64,000 bases of DNA from the NCBI RefSeq assembly GCF_001194135.2, contig NC_068998.1, positions 37,250,127-37,314,126 on the forward strand, given 5' to 3'. Position numbers and translations under genes: made by a program. Within the stretch, counting starts at the first letter, position 1. Every line of letters begins with the position of its first letter. The notes under the pieces were generated by a model. The model saw only the letters and a list, made by a program, of their open reading frames with translations, was not told where the DNA came from and did not search any database. This document shows positions 14,258 through 27,940 of the stretch, one piece after another. Source of the DNA: Octopus bimaculoides (lineage: Eukaryota).

Positions 14258-14800
14258 TTAATTTTTTTTAAATACCAAACAAAATATAAAAACAAGAAAG
14301 TGCTCACACTCTTTGATGGACAAACTCAGAAATTTATTCTGATCCAAATTTTCCCAAACACCTTCAGCTTCCTTTTTCTCAGCTTTTGTTTGGTAGTAAG
14401 TCACATATCTGGTCAATACTATACTGTTTATTCTCATATACTTACAGTCAACATTTTCCTGCCATATTAAAAGCAGTAAAGGATTGTAATCGTTGAAAAG
14501 TTTTTCAGATGATTTTCTTTGAATTTGATGAAGCCTTTAAACACCTTTTCAATTTCTTCTTAATCTGACACTTTCTGCAACAGTGACGAAATTGAATCGA
14601 TGATAAAAATGTTCACTAACAGCAACAGCATCATGTACACACAAAGTACTTGTTGTCACAGTTTGAATGTATATATTTTTATACACAATCTTTGAAGCAC
14701 AGAATGAGTTGGTATTTTACAGAAAATACAGGTAATCTCGAACTGAGAATAGCTGTGAAAACAGCTTAGAAGACCGAGTAAATTCTCTTTGAAAACGGAA
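14258..14800 (-). mobile_element. Helitron/Helentron Rep domain relic
   Basis: Minus strand 14494->14258 is open: NDYNPLLLLIWQENVDCKYMRINSIVLTRYVTYYQTKAEKKE. It is preceded by HRFNF..RLHQIQRKSSEKLF and a VKYQ..C..DC segment. This fits the Helitron Rep motif series CRFxFP / NxYNPxLLxxWxxNxDxQ / YxxKYxTKxE. Confidence 0.75.
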
Positions 14801-14989
14801 AAACGTGGCCAAACAACCACCACGGAGAATCAAATGCTGTACCCCTAAAATTCTGGCTAAGCACTCTGTACCGTTAAAGAAAGTGCTCCCTAAATCTGAT
14901 ACAGTCTTTTATAACGCTTTAATAGTCAGTTTCTGGTCTCTGGTATGCCTGGTTCTCTTGTTGTGACCTGTCCAGTACTTGATGTTGTC

Positions 14990-15740
14990 AACCTAGGATT
15001 TTATTTACCTTCCTCTCTTTCGCCCTCCCTCAGGTGTGCTCTGGAGAATGGTTTTGGACAGGGAGTTGTGGCGGTATACATCTTTTATCCTAACAAAGCC
15101 AGAGAAATTTCAGATATCAGCTGTATACCAGTATCCAGCAGGCTCATCACTATACGTGTGGCTGTAAGACCACAGAATATTGATTTCAAATTTTGGCACA
15201 CGGCTAGCAGTTTCAGGGAGGGGATAAGTTGATTACATCGACACCAGTGATCAACTGGTACTTATTTTATCAGCCCCAAAAGTATGGAAGGCAAAGTCGA
15301 CCCCGGTAGCGTTTGAACTCAGGACGTAAAGACGGACGAAATACCGCTAAGCATTTTGCCCTGCGTGCTTACGGAACTGCCAACACAATCTGATCCAGCC
15401 AACACACTGTTTCCACACAAAACCTCCCGCAAAACAGGACATGCTCCTAGCGGCAGGACTTACGACCAAATTGACTTCATACTCACACATCAACAAGTCC
15501 AACATCAACAAAGCTAGGACTAGGACTTTTCTTGATGCGTGTGTCAACAATGGTAATAATTTTCTGATGACGATGAAGCTCAAACTGAAAAGTTTGAGGC
15601 GAAAGTGGATGGTAGGTTTGCAGCCCTGATATAAACTCCCTGACCAACATCATAGAAGCACTTCAGGAAATGATTCAAGAAGTGCTAGAGAGAAGAAAGG
15701 AAAAGAAAACATTGGTCACTGATGACATCTTGGATCTATG
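14990..15740 (+). mobile_element. RTE-clade LINE relic (AP endonuclease region), interrupted by a SINE
   Basis: ISCIPVSSRLITIRVAVRPQN before the SINE. After it: HKTSRK..HAPSGRTYDQIDFIL, SNINKARTRTF, LMTMKLKLK and VTDDILDL. Confidence 0.8.
15177..15383 (-). mobile_element. SINE family A inserted in the RTE relic
   Basis: aatattgatttcaaattttggcac..ggcaaagtcgacccc..tttgaactcaggacgtaaagacggacgaaataccgctaagcattttgccc. Confidence 0.85.
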
Positions 15741-15999
15741 AGTGATTGTGTGATATAAGTAAGTAAGGAGGAGATTAGAGTTTATAATGACGCACTTTCA
15801 AGAAGCATTTTATAATTACTCTTTTTGATGGTGTAAACGATTCATATTGCCAATCCCCTCAAAGAAAAAAGCATCTTATGTATATCCCTGGTCGTGATAA
15901 CCAGGAAACGAATGCTTATCCAGCTGTTGTAGACTACCGATGGTTCTACCTATCCCAACTTCATAATCAGCTAATATAATTTACTCAAATATAATCATT

Positions 16000-16227
16000 A
16001 TTGGCAGAATCGTTTCATTGGCAAAACAATCTTCGTGGATTAACTCTTTCGGTTGTTTACATTCTGAGTTCAAATACCGCCAGAGTTATCTCTGACTTTC
16101 CTACATCCGGGATTCATAAAAGGAAGCACCAGGCAAGTACTGTGAGTTGATGGATGGCATCGGCTGCCCAATCTCCCCTGAAGATTCTTGGCCTTGCGCT
16201 AATTATTATTATTATTATTATTATTAT

Positions 16228-16270
<43 letters not shown>
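16000..16270 (+). mobile_element. SINE family A with (ATT)9(AGT)14 tail
   Basis: Head ttggcagaatcg, B box ctgagttcaaatacc, 3' end ggccttgcgcta, then the trinucleotide tail. Confidence 0.75.
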
Positions 16271-16897
16271 TTTGTATATGTAGCGGGTTTGCTACCGGCG
16301 GCAAACGATACCATGCTCTCTATTCTTTTCAACTATCTAATACTTTCGTCATGATTCTGCCCGTACCAAGGGAGCAAATTTTTTTGCAACAGCACTACTC
16401 GGCACTTTGTTTCCATTTCCTTTATAATTTTCTTGATGCCTTCTAATCACCCAACAATAATTGACGCTATCAACTTTTCACAATCGAGGTGTCTCGTATT
16501 TAAGAGGATTGTATATGTCAATTTTTTTTTTTCGCCTTCTTTCTTAATTATTCATGGATCTAATGGGTACGCAGCATCAATCATAGAGCATATGTGATTC
16601 ACTTTATCCACCACCACAAGGTCCAACTTATTGTCCTTAAGCACCTGATCTTTTTAGATTGTTAAGTCCCACAGGATGTTGTTGGTCTCCGACTCCCCCG
16701 CTCTTAGTGATTTGCCTCTCTCAAACCCCACTTTTCACACACTCTCCAATGCAGTACTTTCGCTGCTTCATCGTTTCGCCACAATTTCTATTGGTTTTAG
16801 GAAAGTCGAGAGAATTCGTTCACGATATGAGCAATGGTTTCGTCCACTCTATTACAGATACGATACAATGGATACACTTGTTCATTCCGAAGGTCGA
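16271..16897 (-). mobile_element. 5'-truncated R4/Dong-clade (restriction-like endonuclease) LINE
   Basis: Minus strand: RICNRVDETIAHIV (zinc-knuckle region), VLHWRVCEKWG, ILWDLTI, KLDLVVVDK..IDAAYPLD (PD-D/ExK region) and LQKICSLGTGRIMTKVL*. Several in-frame stops. Confidence 0.85.
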
Positions 16898-16966
16898 GCA
16901 AGTACTGTGAGTTGATGGATGGCATCGGCTGCCCAATCTCCCCTGAAGATTCTTGACCTTGCGCTA

Positions 16967-17059
<93 letters not shown>

Positions 17060-17228
17060 TCCTTTCTTCAGTCGGTCATGCCTATATTCTCCAGCAACTC
17101 CATTTATGGTTACATGGAAATGATTGTCTAACCCCTTGCTGCGGAGTGTTTTTTTTATGTCTTTGTACTACTTGTTTGTTCTTTCCTTTTTACCTGCTTT
17201 CAATATGCCCTCGTCTCTAACCACCACT

Positions 17229-17247
17229 AGTAGTAGTATTAGTAGTC

Positions 17248-17311
<64 letters not shown>

Positions 17312-17336
17312 CAGCAGCAGCAACAGCAGCAGCAGC

Positions 17337-17392
<56 letters not shown>

Positions 17393-17507
17393 AGGTGGTG
17401 GTGGTGACGGTGGTGGTGAAGGAGGAGGTGGAGGTGTTGGAGGTGGAGGTGTTGAATGTGGCGGTGTTGATGGATGTAGTAGTAGTAGTAGTAGTGGTGG
17501 TGAATGC

Positions 17508-17570
<63 letters not shown>
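17229..17570. repeat. Compound (AGT)/(AGC)/(GGT) trinucleotide array
   Basis: Directly visible. It produces the spurious poly-Ser/Gly ORF. Confidence 0.95.
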
Positions 17571-18059
17571 TAAGAAATGTAATTATCCTTTTATAAATTA
17601 GATCTGTCTTGAAACTGATATCTTTATCTAACTCCCAAGTTTTTAAAACCTAAACGGAAATTGTCTTTCTGAGCTCATACATAATGTGCTAGTCTTTATT
17701 TCTTTCCTACTTACCATATATATACAATATTAGTTGTCGATGGAAACGACTTTTATTTTAGAAAGAAACCTGAAATGAGGGTGATACCCGTAAAGAACCT
17801 AAGCAGTGTACATGACCACTGTTTGGTTCAGAGGCCTCACCGCCATCTATCATTATACACGGCCCGTTGCCAGTTTGTGTACGTGACGTCTATCGAGTAC
17901 GGGATTTTACTAATAGCCAGAGAACACCCATAAACGAATATGTCTTGATGATATGTACTATGGTCTTGCTAATTGTTTTAGGTGGCTGTGTAGTCGTGAG
18001 CGCACATTAACACTCTCTCCATTATCTCATCATTTGAGCCAGCGACACATCATGTGACA

Positions 18060-18200
18060 GAGCTTCACCAGTATTCGGTTCATATTTGTTTTCAGCTGAG
18101 TGTACTACAGCAATGTAAAATAAAGTGCGCATTGCTCAAGAATACAATGCGTCACCCGATCCTACGATATTATGGTAATGAACCAACCATTAGAAATTTT
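18060..18200 (-). mobile_element. SINE family C fragment
   Basis: cagctgagtgtactacagcaatgtaaaataaagtg..gctcaagaatacaatgcg is the reverse complement of the core of the 18270 copy. Confidence 0.55.
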
Positions 18201-18269
18201 GCACAACGAATATGACACCGAGATTACACACAAATGGTAATAACGATGGAGTATTTTACCCTCATGAAG

Positions 18270-18590
18270 GCGGGTAGATTGGTGGTATGAGTATTTGGCT
18301 CACAATCGTAAGGTTGTGAGTTCAATACACGGTCGCACGTTGTGCCCTTGAACACGACACTTTATTTCAAGTTGTTTCAGTTCACTCAGCTGGCAAACAT
18401 GAGATGTAGTTGTATTTCAAAGAGGCCCGCCTCGTCACATTCTCTGTCACGCTGAATCTCCTTGTGAAGTACGTTAAGGCTACGCGTGTCTGTGGGGTGT
18501 TCAGCCATTTACACGCTAATTTCACGAGCAGGTTGTTTCATTGATCAGATCAACTGAAACTCCCGTCGTCATAATCGACATAGTGCCAGT
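18270..18590 (+). mobile_element. tRNA-derived SINE family C
   Basis: B-box-like gtgagttcaatac, core gttgtgcccttgaacacgacactttatttc..cactcagctggcaaa, and tail cacgctaatttcacgagcaggttg. Confidence 0.7.
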
Positions 18591-18779
18591 TATTTTACCC
18601 TCAATATTATGATTACAAGAGGAAAGGGCTGAACTTGATTTATTTGCCTAGAAAGTAAATCTAGTCACAATTTGCTAAATAGCGACTGAGTCTTGACAAT
18701 ACATGCATACATCTAAAATCATCTGGAAATTGAGAAAACTAGAGCTACAGTTACACACTGCTAAGAGTAGAAAACAAAA

Positions 18780-19100
18780 TCTTTTGTTGTTCCTCTCTAT
18801 ACTAGTCATAGAATTTGAGGAGTTAAAAAAGACCTGGGTGATAAACGAGGGCAATACTAGGAATTGTGTATTTTCCGAAATGATAATCAATGAGACTAGG
18901 AGATTAAGAGAACAAGGAATTCAGATTTTGCCCAGAAGGCTTGTGGTATCTTTCATGAAAAGACAGGTTTTATGTATGCGTACACAATTATCCATTGCGC
19001 AGTAAATACCAGCAGATTATGAAGACAACAATAGAATTACATGAGCTTCGAAGTAGATTAAATTTGTTATTTTTTCTTAGAGAACACTATTAGTTTTCCA
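18780..19100 (+). mobile_element. Very degenerate RTE-type RT fragment
   Basis: Y*ELCIFRNDNQ*D*EIKR..IFHEK..CAVNT resembles the YLGxxxxxD..EIKRR..CxV series. Many stops. Confidence 0.35.
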
Positions 19101-19876
19101 AACTACTTATTATGTCTTTGTTCACGATCATCTGTATTGGTAGATTGATCTCTTATGAAATGCTTTCTGCTATTCTAAGTTCATTTCGATTTCTTTCATA
19201 ATGTTTACCTCTAGTATTCATCTACGATATAATATTTTCAATGTAAATGGCTATTCTGTTTCTCTGGTTTCCTGCCCTATGTTCAATTTTACTGGTAGCA
19301 TGTTTTCTGCAAATTCTTTTTCTGTTGCAGCTAATGTGCTTTTGTCTTTCTCTTGTATTCGTGTGTGATATTTTCACTTTAAATGACTCTCCTCCTTTGA
19401 TGTCCTAATTTACTTGTATTTTCATCTCTACATGTAGCTGCTTGTTAGAAAATGTTTTCTACTTCAGCAAAGCTGCTTTTCTTTCTATTTTTACTTGTAA
19501 ATTACAGCCATATTATAACTAAAAAAGATTTTTTTTTTCTTGTCATCGTTGCTTCTTTTATCCATTTTTCTTCTTCTGTGCTGTAGCTACATATTTCAAT
19601 CAACATTAAATGTTGTAATATATTAGAAATTCTTTTTAATATTCTCTGCTGGAATTAGCGGGGAATCATACACAGCCTTGGGCTTTGTATGCCATCAAAT
19701 ACAGTGAATGTAACCAATATTAATTGAGAAGAAATTGACAAAAAAACCAAAAATACCCCCCACTCGCTTACATGCACACTGTTGTAACATACACAGAAAA
19801 TATGTTTGTCTATATAGGCTATATATGTACCTATCTTCTCTCTCTCTCTCTTTGTCACTCGACCTCGCTATTTCAG

Positions 19877-19950
<74 letters not shown>

Positions 19951-20399
19951 GTATGTTTTCTTTTCACGCATCTATTTAATCAATATTAACTTCAGTTAAA
20001 TTTCAATTAATCCAATCTAATTATCTCTAACTTCCAATTTTTCTAAAGGAATCTAAAGACGCGCCCTTCACGTCTCAGACTGAAAAATTTAAAACCTTAA
20101 TCTTGTAAACATACCTTCGTCAATGAAACACAGATAAGATAAAAAAATTTTTAATTTTATTTTCCTATCTTTTTAATATCGCAAAAAGGGAAATTTTCAT
20201 TAATACTGTCTACAAATAATCATTGCTTTTATAAATCAGTTTTACATAGCGTGTATCTTAAAAGCAATGGGTGGTAGAAAGGACTCGGTGATGGACAAAA
20301 TTGCTTGCAGCGTTCAATTAGTGTACTTTTCGATGTAAACACAACTTTTACTTTGATAGACTTTCCTTTTCATCCCTTTGGGGACGATAAGATAAAACA

Positions 20400-20770
<371 letters not shown>

Positions 20771-20778
20771 TCATCATT

Positions 20779-21584
<806 letters not shown>

Positions 21585-21721
21585 AAAAAAACTATGAACT
21601 GGCAGGATTGTTATAGTGCCGGATTAAATGCTCTTCGGTATTCTGATATGGCCCATCACATTCTGAGTTAAAATCATGAAGCTGTTGAGTTCGTTTTTCA
21701 CTCTTTATCTTTTCTAAGAGT

Positions 21722-21840
21722 AATATTGATTTCAAATTTTGGCACAAGGCCAACCATTTCGGGTAAGGGACTAAATCGATTAACTCGACATCAATGCTCA
21801 AATGATATTTATTTCATCGACCCGGAAAGGCTGAGAGGCA
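21722..21840 (-). mobile_element. SINE family A, 3' half
   Basis: aatattgatttcaaattttggcacaaggcc..atttcatcgacccggaaagg. Confidence 0.75.
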
Positions 21841-21897
21841 AAACAATCCCCACAATAACTACAACCATCACACTCACCACCACCGCCACCACAGCTT

Positions 21898-21931
<34 letters not shown>

Positions 21932-22344
21932 CAGTACTATAAACGTAAAATCAAGTTAGCCAATTTTAGAGCTCGCCCTCATTGTCTTCTACAGGTTGAT
22001 GGTTTCTAACCATCACCATTATTTTACTGACTTGGTAGTCAAAATTTGATGTCTTTCCAAAATGTTCTTAAAGTACTTTACTTTAAGTCGTTTAATATAC
22101 CGGCTACTGGGAGATCTTATCTGCCAGTCGATTATGTCACTCCAAAGCTGGATTTGCTTCATAAGATTAGCTTTCTAGAAAAGAACAATTTGCATTGCTG
22201 CTGCCAAATTCTCGCAGATTTTAGAAATTTCTGCTGGTTAAACAGAGCGCACACATAAAAACACAACAAACACTCATACACAGAAACGCATGAGCACACA
22301 TGAACACACGCATAGACTCAGGCGTATCCAAACGCATGTATTCT

Positions 22345-22565
22345 ATATAGGTTTCAAATTTTGGAACAAGGCCAGCAATTTCGTGGGAGGGATAATGCCG
22401 ATTTCATCGATTATAGTAGTACATGACTGGTACATATTTAATCGGCCCTGAAAGGATGAACGGCAAAGTCGACTACGGCGGAATTTGAAATCAAAACGTA
22501 AAGATGGATGAAATGCAGCTAAGCATTTTGCCCGACGTGCTAACGATTCTGCCAACCCGAAGCCT
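22345..22565 (-). mobile_element. SINE family A
   Basis: gtttcaaattttggaacaaggccagc..gaaaggatgaacggcaaagtcgac..gctaacgattctgccaac. Confidence 0.85.
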
Positions 22566-22662
22566 TGCATGCATTCTATATTGTTATCCGTTTACTATTC
22601 ATGCATTTGTGCTCACAGACTTGGCATATCAATTTACATACACTCTATGAGTCGTATTACGT

Positions 22663-22699
<37 letters not shown>

Positions 22700-22769
22700 A
22701 TCTTTAGGCGGGCGTGTGTGTATGTGTGTGTATCTGGAAACATGGTTTCTGTCTGTAATTGCCCTACTT

Positions 22770-23085
22770 ATTTCTAAATACCTGGACTTCATCTCTTCTC
22801 TCCCTGTTGCTTCCCTCCCGTTCCGCATCATGTCATGACCTTCGCCTTTTTAACTCCTTTATCTTCTTTCTTGTCCTCTCTCGCCTCCTCTTTACCACAG
22901 ACATAAAATCCCTCTACTCTGTCATCCCCCACACTGACTGTCCAATATTTCCTCAAACGTCGTGCCGTCCTCGAATCTAGTTCTGCATCGCTGAACTCGT
23001 TATCACGCTCAACACCTTCACGTTCGCAGGCGAGGTCCACCAGCACAATAGAATTACCATGGGAACAAGTATGGACCCCAAATCT
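22770..23085 (+). mobile_element. Penelope-like RT core fragment
   Basis: LFTTDIKSLYSVIPH, frameshifted ELVITLNTFTFAGE and ITMGTSMDP match the PLE motifs DVxSLYxxIPH, LNxFxF and MGTxMGP. Confidence 0.8.
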
Positions 23086-23104
23086 TCTCAAAGTTCACTG
23101 AACC

Positions 23105-23146
23105 GAGCTATACGGTCCAGTGCTATACGGTCCAGTGCTATACGGT
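23105..23146. repeat. 15-bp tandem repeat gctatacggtccagt, about 2.8 copies
   Basis: Directly visible. Confidence 0.9.
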
Positions 23147-23999
23147 CGACACATAGATGACTCTATCGGCGTAAACTTCACATGAACAACTTTATAATTT
23201 CATCTATTTCATTTGCACCTTCCATTTCATTTGCACCTTCCATCCCTCTCTTGGGTTTATTTATATCATCTACGTCTCTGTCATTTCTTATATACTAAAT
23301 GAACACTGAAGAATTCCTGAAGCAGATCCAACGATATTTGTGTAAAAACCGTGGGTGACGACAGGTAACCATAGACAGTGAGCGTGCTCTGTAGGCTAAC
23401 TGCTAGGTACGTTCTCAATATTTAAACAACCACTATATATATAACACTAACTGGTACATACTCAGTATTTACCACAACTATATGTATATATGTATATATA
23501 TATATATATNNNNNNNNNNNNNNNNNNNNNNNNNNNNNNNNNNNNNNNNNNNNNNNNNNNNNNNNNNNNNNNNNNNNNNNNNNNNNNNNNNNNNNNNNNN
23601 NNNNNNNNNNNNNNNNNNNNNNNNNNNNNNNNNNNNNNNNNNNNNNNNNNNNNNNNNNNNNNNNNNNNNNNNNNNNNNNNNNNNNNNNNNNNNNNNNNNN
23701 NNNNNNNNNNNNNNNNNNNNNNNNNNNNNNNNNNNNNNNNNNNNNNNNNNNNNNNNNNNNNNNNNNNNNNNNNNNNNNNNNNNNNNNNNNNNNNNNNNNN
23801 NNNNNNNNNNNNNNNNNNNNNNNNNNNNNNNNNNNNNNNNNNNNNNNNNNNNNNNNNNNNNNNNNNNNNNNNNNNNNNNNNNNNNNNNNNNNNNNNNNNN
23901 NNNNNNNNNNNNNNNNNNNNNNNNNNNNNNNNNNNNNNNNNNNNNNNNNNNNNNNNNNNNNNNNNNNNNNNNNNNNNNNNNNNNNNNNNNNNNNNNNNN

Positions 24000-24030
<31 letters not shown>

Positions 24031-24595
24031 CGCACACATATTCACACACACGTACACTCACACATACATAAGATTATATGGCTTTGCGTTAATCTTTACA
24101 TTGAATATATATAAAACAGTTTATAATTTTATGAATTAAGATGATTCTATAAAACATAATAGCTCAAAATGATAGATTATATTTCATTTATAAGAAACTT
24201 CTTTAAAAATTATATTGGTTTATGGTAATTTAATATCTTATGTGAATAATTTTACGAAATTCCATTAGTGTAAATTGAAAATAGGAATAAAATTTAGAGA
24301 AATTTAAATCATTTATTCAACAAGATCTTAGAATTCAAACTCTAGTAACATCATAAATGTTAGAGGCCATATAAAATATATTATTGTATTATATCGCTCA
24401 TATATTTACTACTTATCCCTGAGAGTAATTTCACATAAGAATAATAATCGTTAATAGTTAAGGTATATCGCATACAAGTTGATGTATAATCGCTAAAATA
24501 TTCCGAAAAGAAGGCAGTATTACCAGTTACCACAAGGGTAGATAATGTACTCTAGTACAATATACATTTTTTTAAGCATTCTATTCCATATAATA

Positions 24596-24670
<75 letters not shown>

Positions 24671-24994
24671 GTGTGTATATATAAATATATATATATATAA
24701 ATATATATATAGAGAGAGAGATATGTATGTATGTATGTATGTATATGTATTTATATTTATATGTATATATCAAGCACGTGCCGTCAGTAGGTAGTTGGTG
24801 ACGCTTATGTAGTAAAACACACAAAAAAGCGAAACAGGCGGGCGACTGAGTTGAAGGCAGATTTACATCTGTCTTTATATCGCGTAAAGAAAACGCTGTT
24901 GTAAGAATGTACGCAGCTCGTATAGTACATCAGTCCTATGCGTAGCTTAAATACTGAGATTGAAAGGCAAGGGTTAATTATACCTACCTAATCT

Positions 24995-25855
24995 CAAAAA
25001 AAAAACCAGATGAAGAAGATTTGGCAAGGCAAGAAAATGCACAGTCAGTTCTTGAAGAATAATGATGAGATTGATTGGAATAGAACCTGGCAATGGCTGT
25101 AGAAAGGAGACTTAAAAGGGCCCATTGAGGCATTAGTGTGCAGTACACAAAAACAAGTTCTCTGAAAAAAACTATTCCAAATATCACATTGATGAAATCA
25201 CTGACTCGCCACAGTGTAGGATGTGCTCTGAGAAGACAGAAAGCATAAGCCATATTGTTAGTGGGTGTTGTAAGCTCGCATAACGCGAATATAAAAGGAG
25301 ACAGGGCAATGTCGCCAGATACGTCCACTGGCTATTGTGCTGTAAAGCAAACCTCGAGAGAGACGAACAATGGTACGATCAAAAGCCAGAGGGAGTATTG
25401 GAAAACGAACATTACAAAATACTCTGGAATTTTAACATGCTGTGCGACCAAGTCATACTGGCGAGACGACCAGATATCGTGCACATCTATAAAGATAAAA
25501 AAAGAAGTAAAGATAATGGATGTCATAACACCAGGCGATTCGAGGGTGAAATGTAAGGAAACAGAATCGATTGAGAAATACCAGCCAATGCGGAACGAGA
25601 TAGGAAAGTAATGGTGATTCCAGTGGAAATTAGAGCATTAGGAGTAGTTTCCAAGGGCTTTGAAAACATAATATTGGAGCTACTCTCAGGCTCGGAGTCA
25701 TCCAGAAGACAGCATTGTTAGGTACAGCTCGCAATCTAAGGAGAGTATTATCTCTTTGAGTCACAGAAGGCACTATTTGAAACCTTTGGTGATTTGTCGT
25801 TGCCTGCCTTCAAGCAAAGAATAACCGGTAATTAAGAACTATCCGAGGGTTTTTC

Positions 25856-25888
<33 letters not shown>

Positions 25889-25905
25889 GTAATGATAATA
25901 ATAGT
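24995..25905 (+). mobile_element. 5'-truncated R4/Dong-clade LINE with (TAA)n tail
   Basis: WQWL.KGDLK, CRMCSEKTESISHIVSGC, REYKRR..NVARYVHW, KILWNF, RRPDIV, MDVITPGDSRV and IQKTALLGTARNLRRVLSL*. (TAA)n from 25856. Confidence 0.92.
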
Positions 25906-25970
25906 TATAATTCTTCTACTAAAGGCACAAGGCCTGAAATTTTAGGGAAGGGGATTACAGTAGTCGGGTT
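25906..25970 (-). mobile_element. SINE family A 3' end abutting the R4 tail
   Basis: ttcttctactaaaggcacaaggcctgaaattttaggg. Confidence 0.65.
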
Positions 25971-25996
25971 ACAAAATAATAATAATAATAATAATT

Positions 25997-26069
<73 letters not shown>

Positions 26070-26536
26070 CGACAGTAAACTTTGTTAGGTTATTGGTTTT
26101 TGTTAATAAAAACCTTAGTTGAATAATAACTATACGCTTTATGTAGTCTTACTTTTAATCTTGATTTTGATGAAAAAATTTGTGTATTATAAAGAGAGTT
26201 TTACTGTAACTCCTTTTGTTTAACCAAAGAAAGAAAACACAGTTTGATATTGTTATTTGATGGACGCAGAAAAATTTAAAACAATCTTATTCCGGAAGGC
26301 TTATGCTCAAGGGAAAAATATAATCGGTTTAGAAAATAGTTCAATGAAATCTAATACATAATATATTGTGATGTGGTGATGATAAGTTTCAAAATTACTG
26401 GGTAGAGATGGCATGTAACTGAGAGGAAAATATTGTCTTTTCGTTGTGAAAGAATACGTTGATTGCGAAGACATTGTGTCCCTGATTCAGGAACTAGAAT
26501 GTGTTGGTAAATGAGTCTTCACAAGTAAGTCTAGAG

Positions 26537-26831
26537 CAGTGGTTCTCAACCGGGGTTCATATGGCCTCGAGGGTCAATAGAAACTGGGGTATTTTAAGGG
26601 CTTCTCAAATTTTTTTGCTTTAAATGTATGTATTGGTACGTATTGCAAGCAACAGTTAGGTTTCTTACTCTAACATGTTACATGATTCAACGTACCCAAG
26701 TTAATGTGTGAAAACAAGAGATAGGAATTTTCAAAGAAGTTTCCACGAAACTAGTTTTTAAACATCGAATGGCACCAGAATAAAATAGTAATCAAAGTGG
26801 TCCATAGATAAAAAATGTTTGAGAACCACTG
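26537..26831. mobile_element. hAT (Charlie-like) MITE
   Basis: TIRs cagtggttctcaa / ttgagaaccactg. 8-bp TSD gtctagag (26529-26536) / gtccagag (26832-26839). Confidence 0.9.
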
Positions 26832-27387
26832 GTCCAGAGCCCTGGTTTGAGTAGTAGTAGCAGATACATAAATGTGAGTACAATAATCTATTGAATTCCC
26901 TATGAGCTGGACAGAGAACCAGTGACCGGGAGAATATTTCCTGATCATAAAAGTAAATGCTAGTATTTTTTAATGCAGTTTTTCTAATGCTATACAGCTC
27001 AGATCATCACGTATTATTGCCAATTGTGAATATAACTTATAAGCTTGAACGTTATATAATTTTTCATGAAAATCTAAAATGTTATTAGAAGAATAATTAC
27101 AATACTAAAATAACACAAAAAAATCCCAGCCAAGTAATTAAATATAAAATCGTTCTTTGCCTCTGAGACCAGCCTTGATCGAGAAGACATCATCAAAGTC
27201 ATTCCAGCTGTGACTGTTTTATTTTTGTCCAGACACAACATTTCTAGAACTAAATAATTTAATATATTTCTGAAGCAATAAATTTCTCATCAGAAATTAT
27301 ATTAGATTTCCAGCATTTTAAATCAAAACACTGTGTGGTCATATAAGCGGACATTCTGGTATCATATAAGTGCACCGCAATTGACAA

Positions 27388-27615
27388 GAATATTGGTTTT
27401 AAAATTTTGGCACAAGCTCAACAAGTTTTTTTTTTTTTTGTGGGGGTGGGGATAAGTCGATTGTATTGACACCAGTCCACAAGTGGTAATTATTTTATCG
27501 ACCCCGAATGGATGAAAGCCGAAATCGATCTCGGCTGCATTTGAACTCAGAACGTGATGACGGACGAAATGCCGCTGAGCATTTTACCCGGCGTGTTAAC
27601 GATTCTGCCAGCTCG
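27388..27615 (-). mobile_element. SINE family A
   Basis: Full family A structure ending gttaacgattctgccagctcg. aatattgg occurs on both sides (possible TSD). Confidence 0.85.
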
Positions 27616-27717
27616 AAAATATTGGCATAACTTTACAAGGTCGATAACTGTACAAGCCTGCACTCCAATATATAAATAAAATTAACTCTGGTTTAAATAG
27701 GACAGCAAAAACAAGGA

Positions 27718-27940
27718 GCCCCTTTGGAGAAACGTTACTCGACAGGCTGCGTAACTCGGAGATGATGGAGTCTCTTCAAGCCGAGCTACTTCTCTGCATT
27801 GAGAAGTCACAATTCTTGTACTACGGACATGTTCGTAGAATGTCACGGGAAAAAAATTGCAAACGTGATACTTCGAGCCGAGCCAACTACCAAGAGATTA
27901 AAGAGTAGACCAAAAACGAAATGGTTGGATAACATCCATT
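27718..27940 (+). mobile_element. RTE-clade LINE RT C-terminal fragment
   Basis: TLLDRLRNSEMMESLQAE..IEKSQFLYYGHVRRMSRE..RPKTKWLDNI. Confidence 0.75.

Noticed and set aside
23105-23146. Short direct repeats as a CRISPR-like array
   Set aside because: They are contiguous tandem copies without spacers, in a eukaryotic context.
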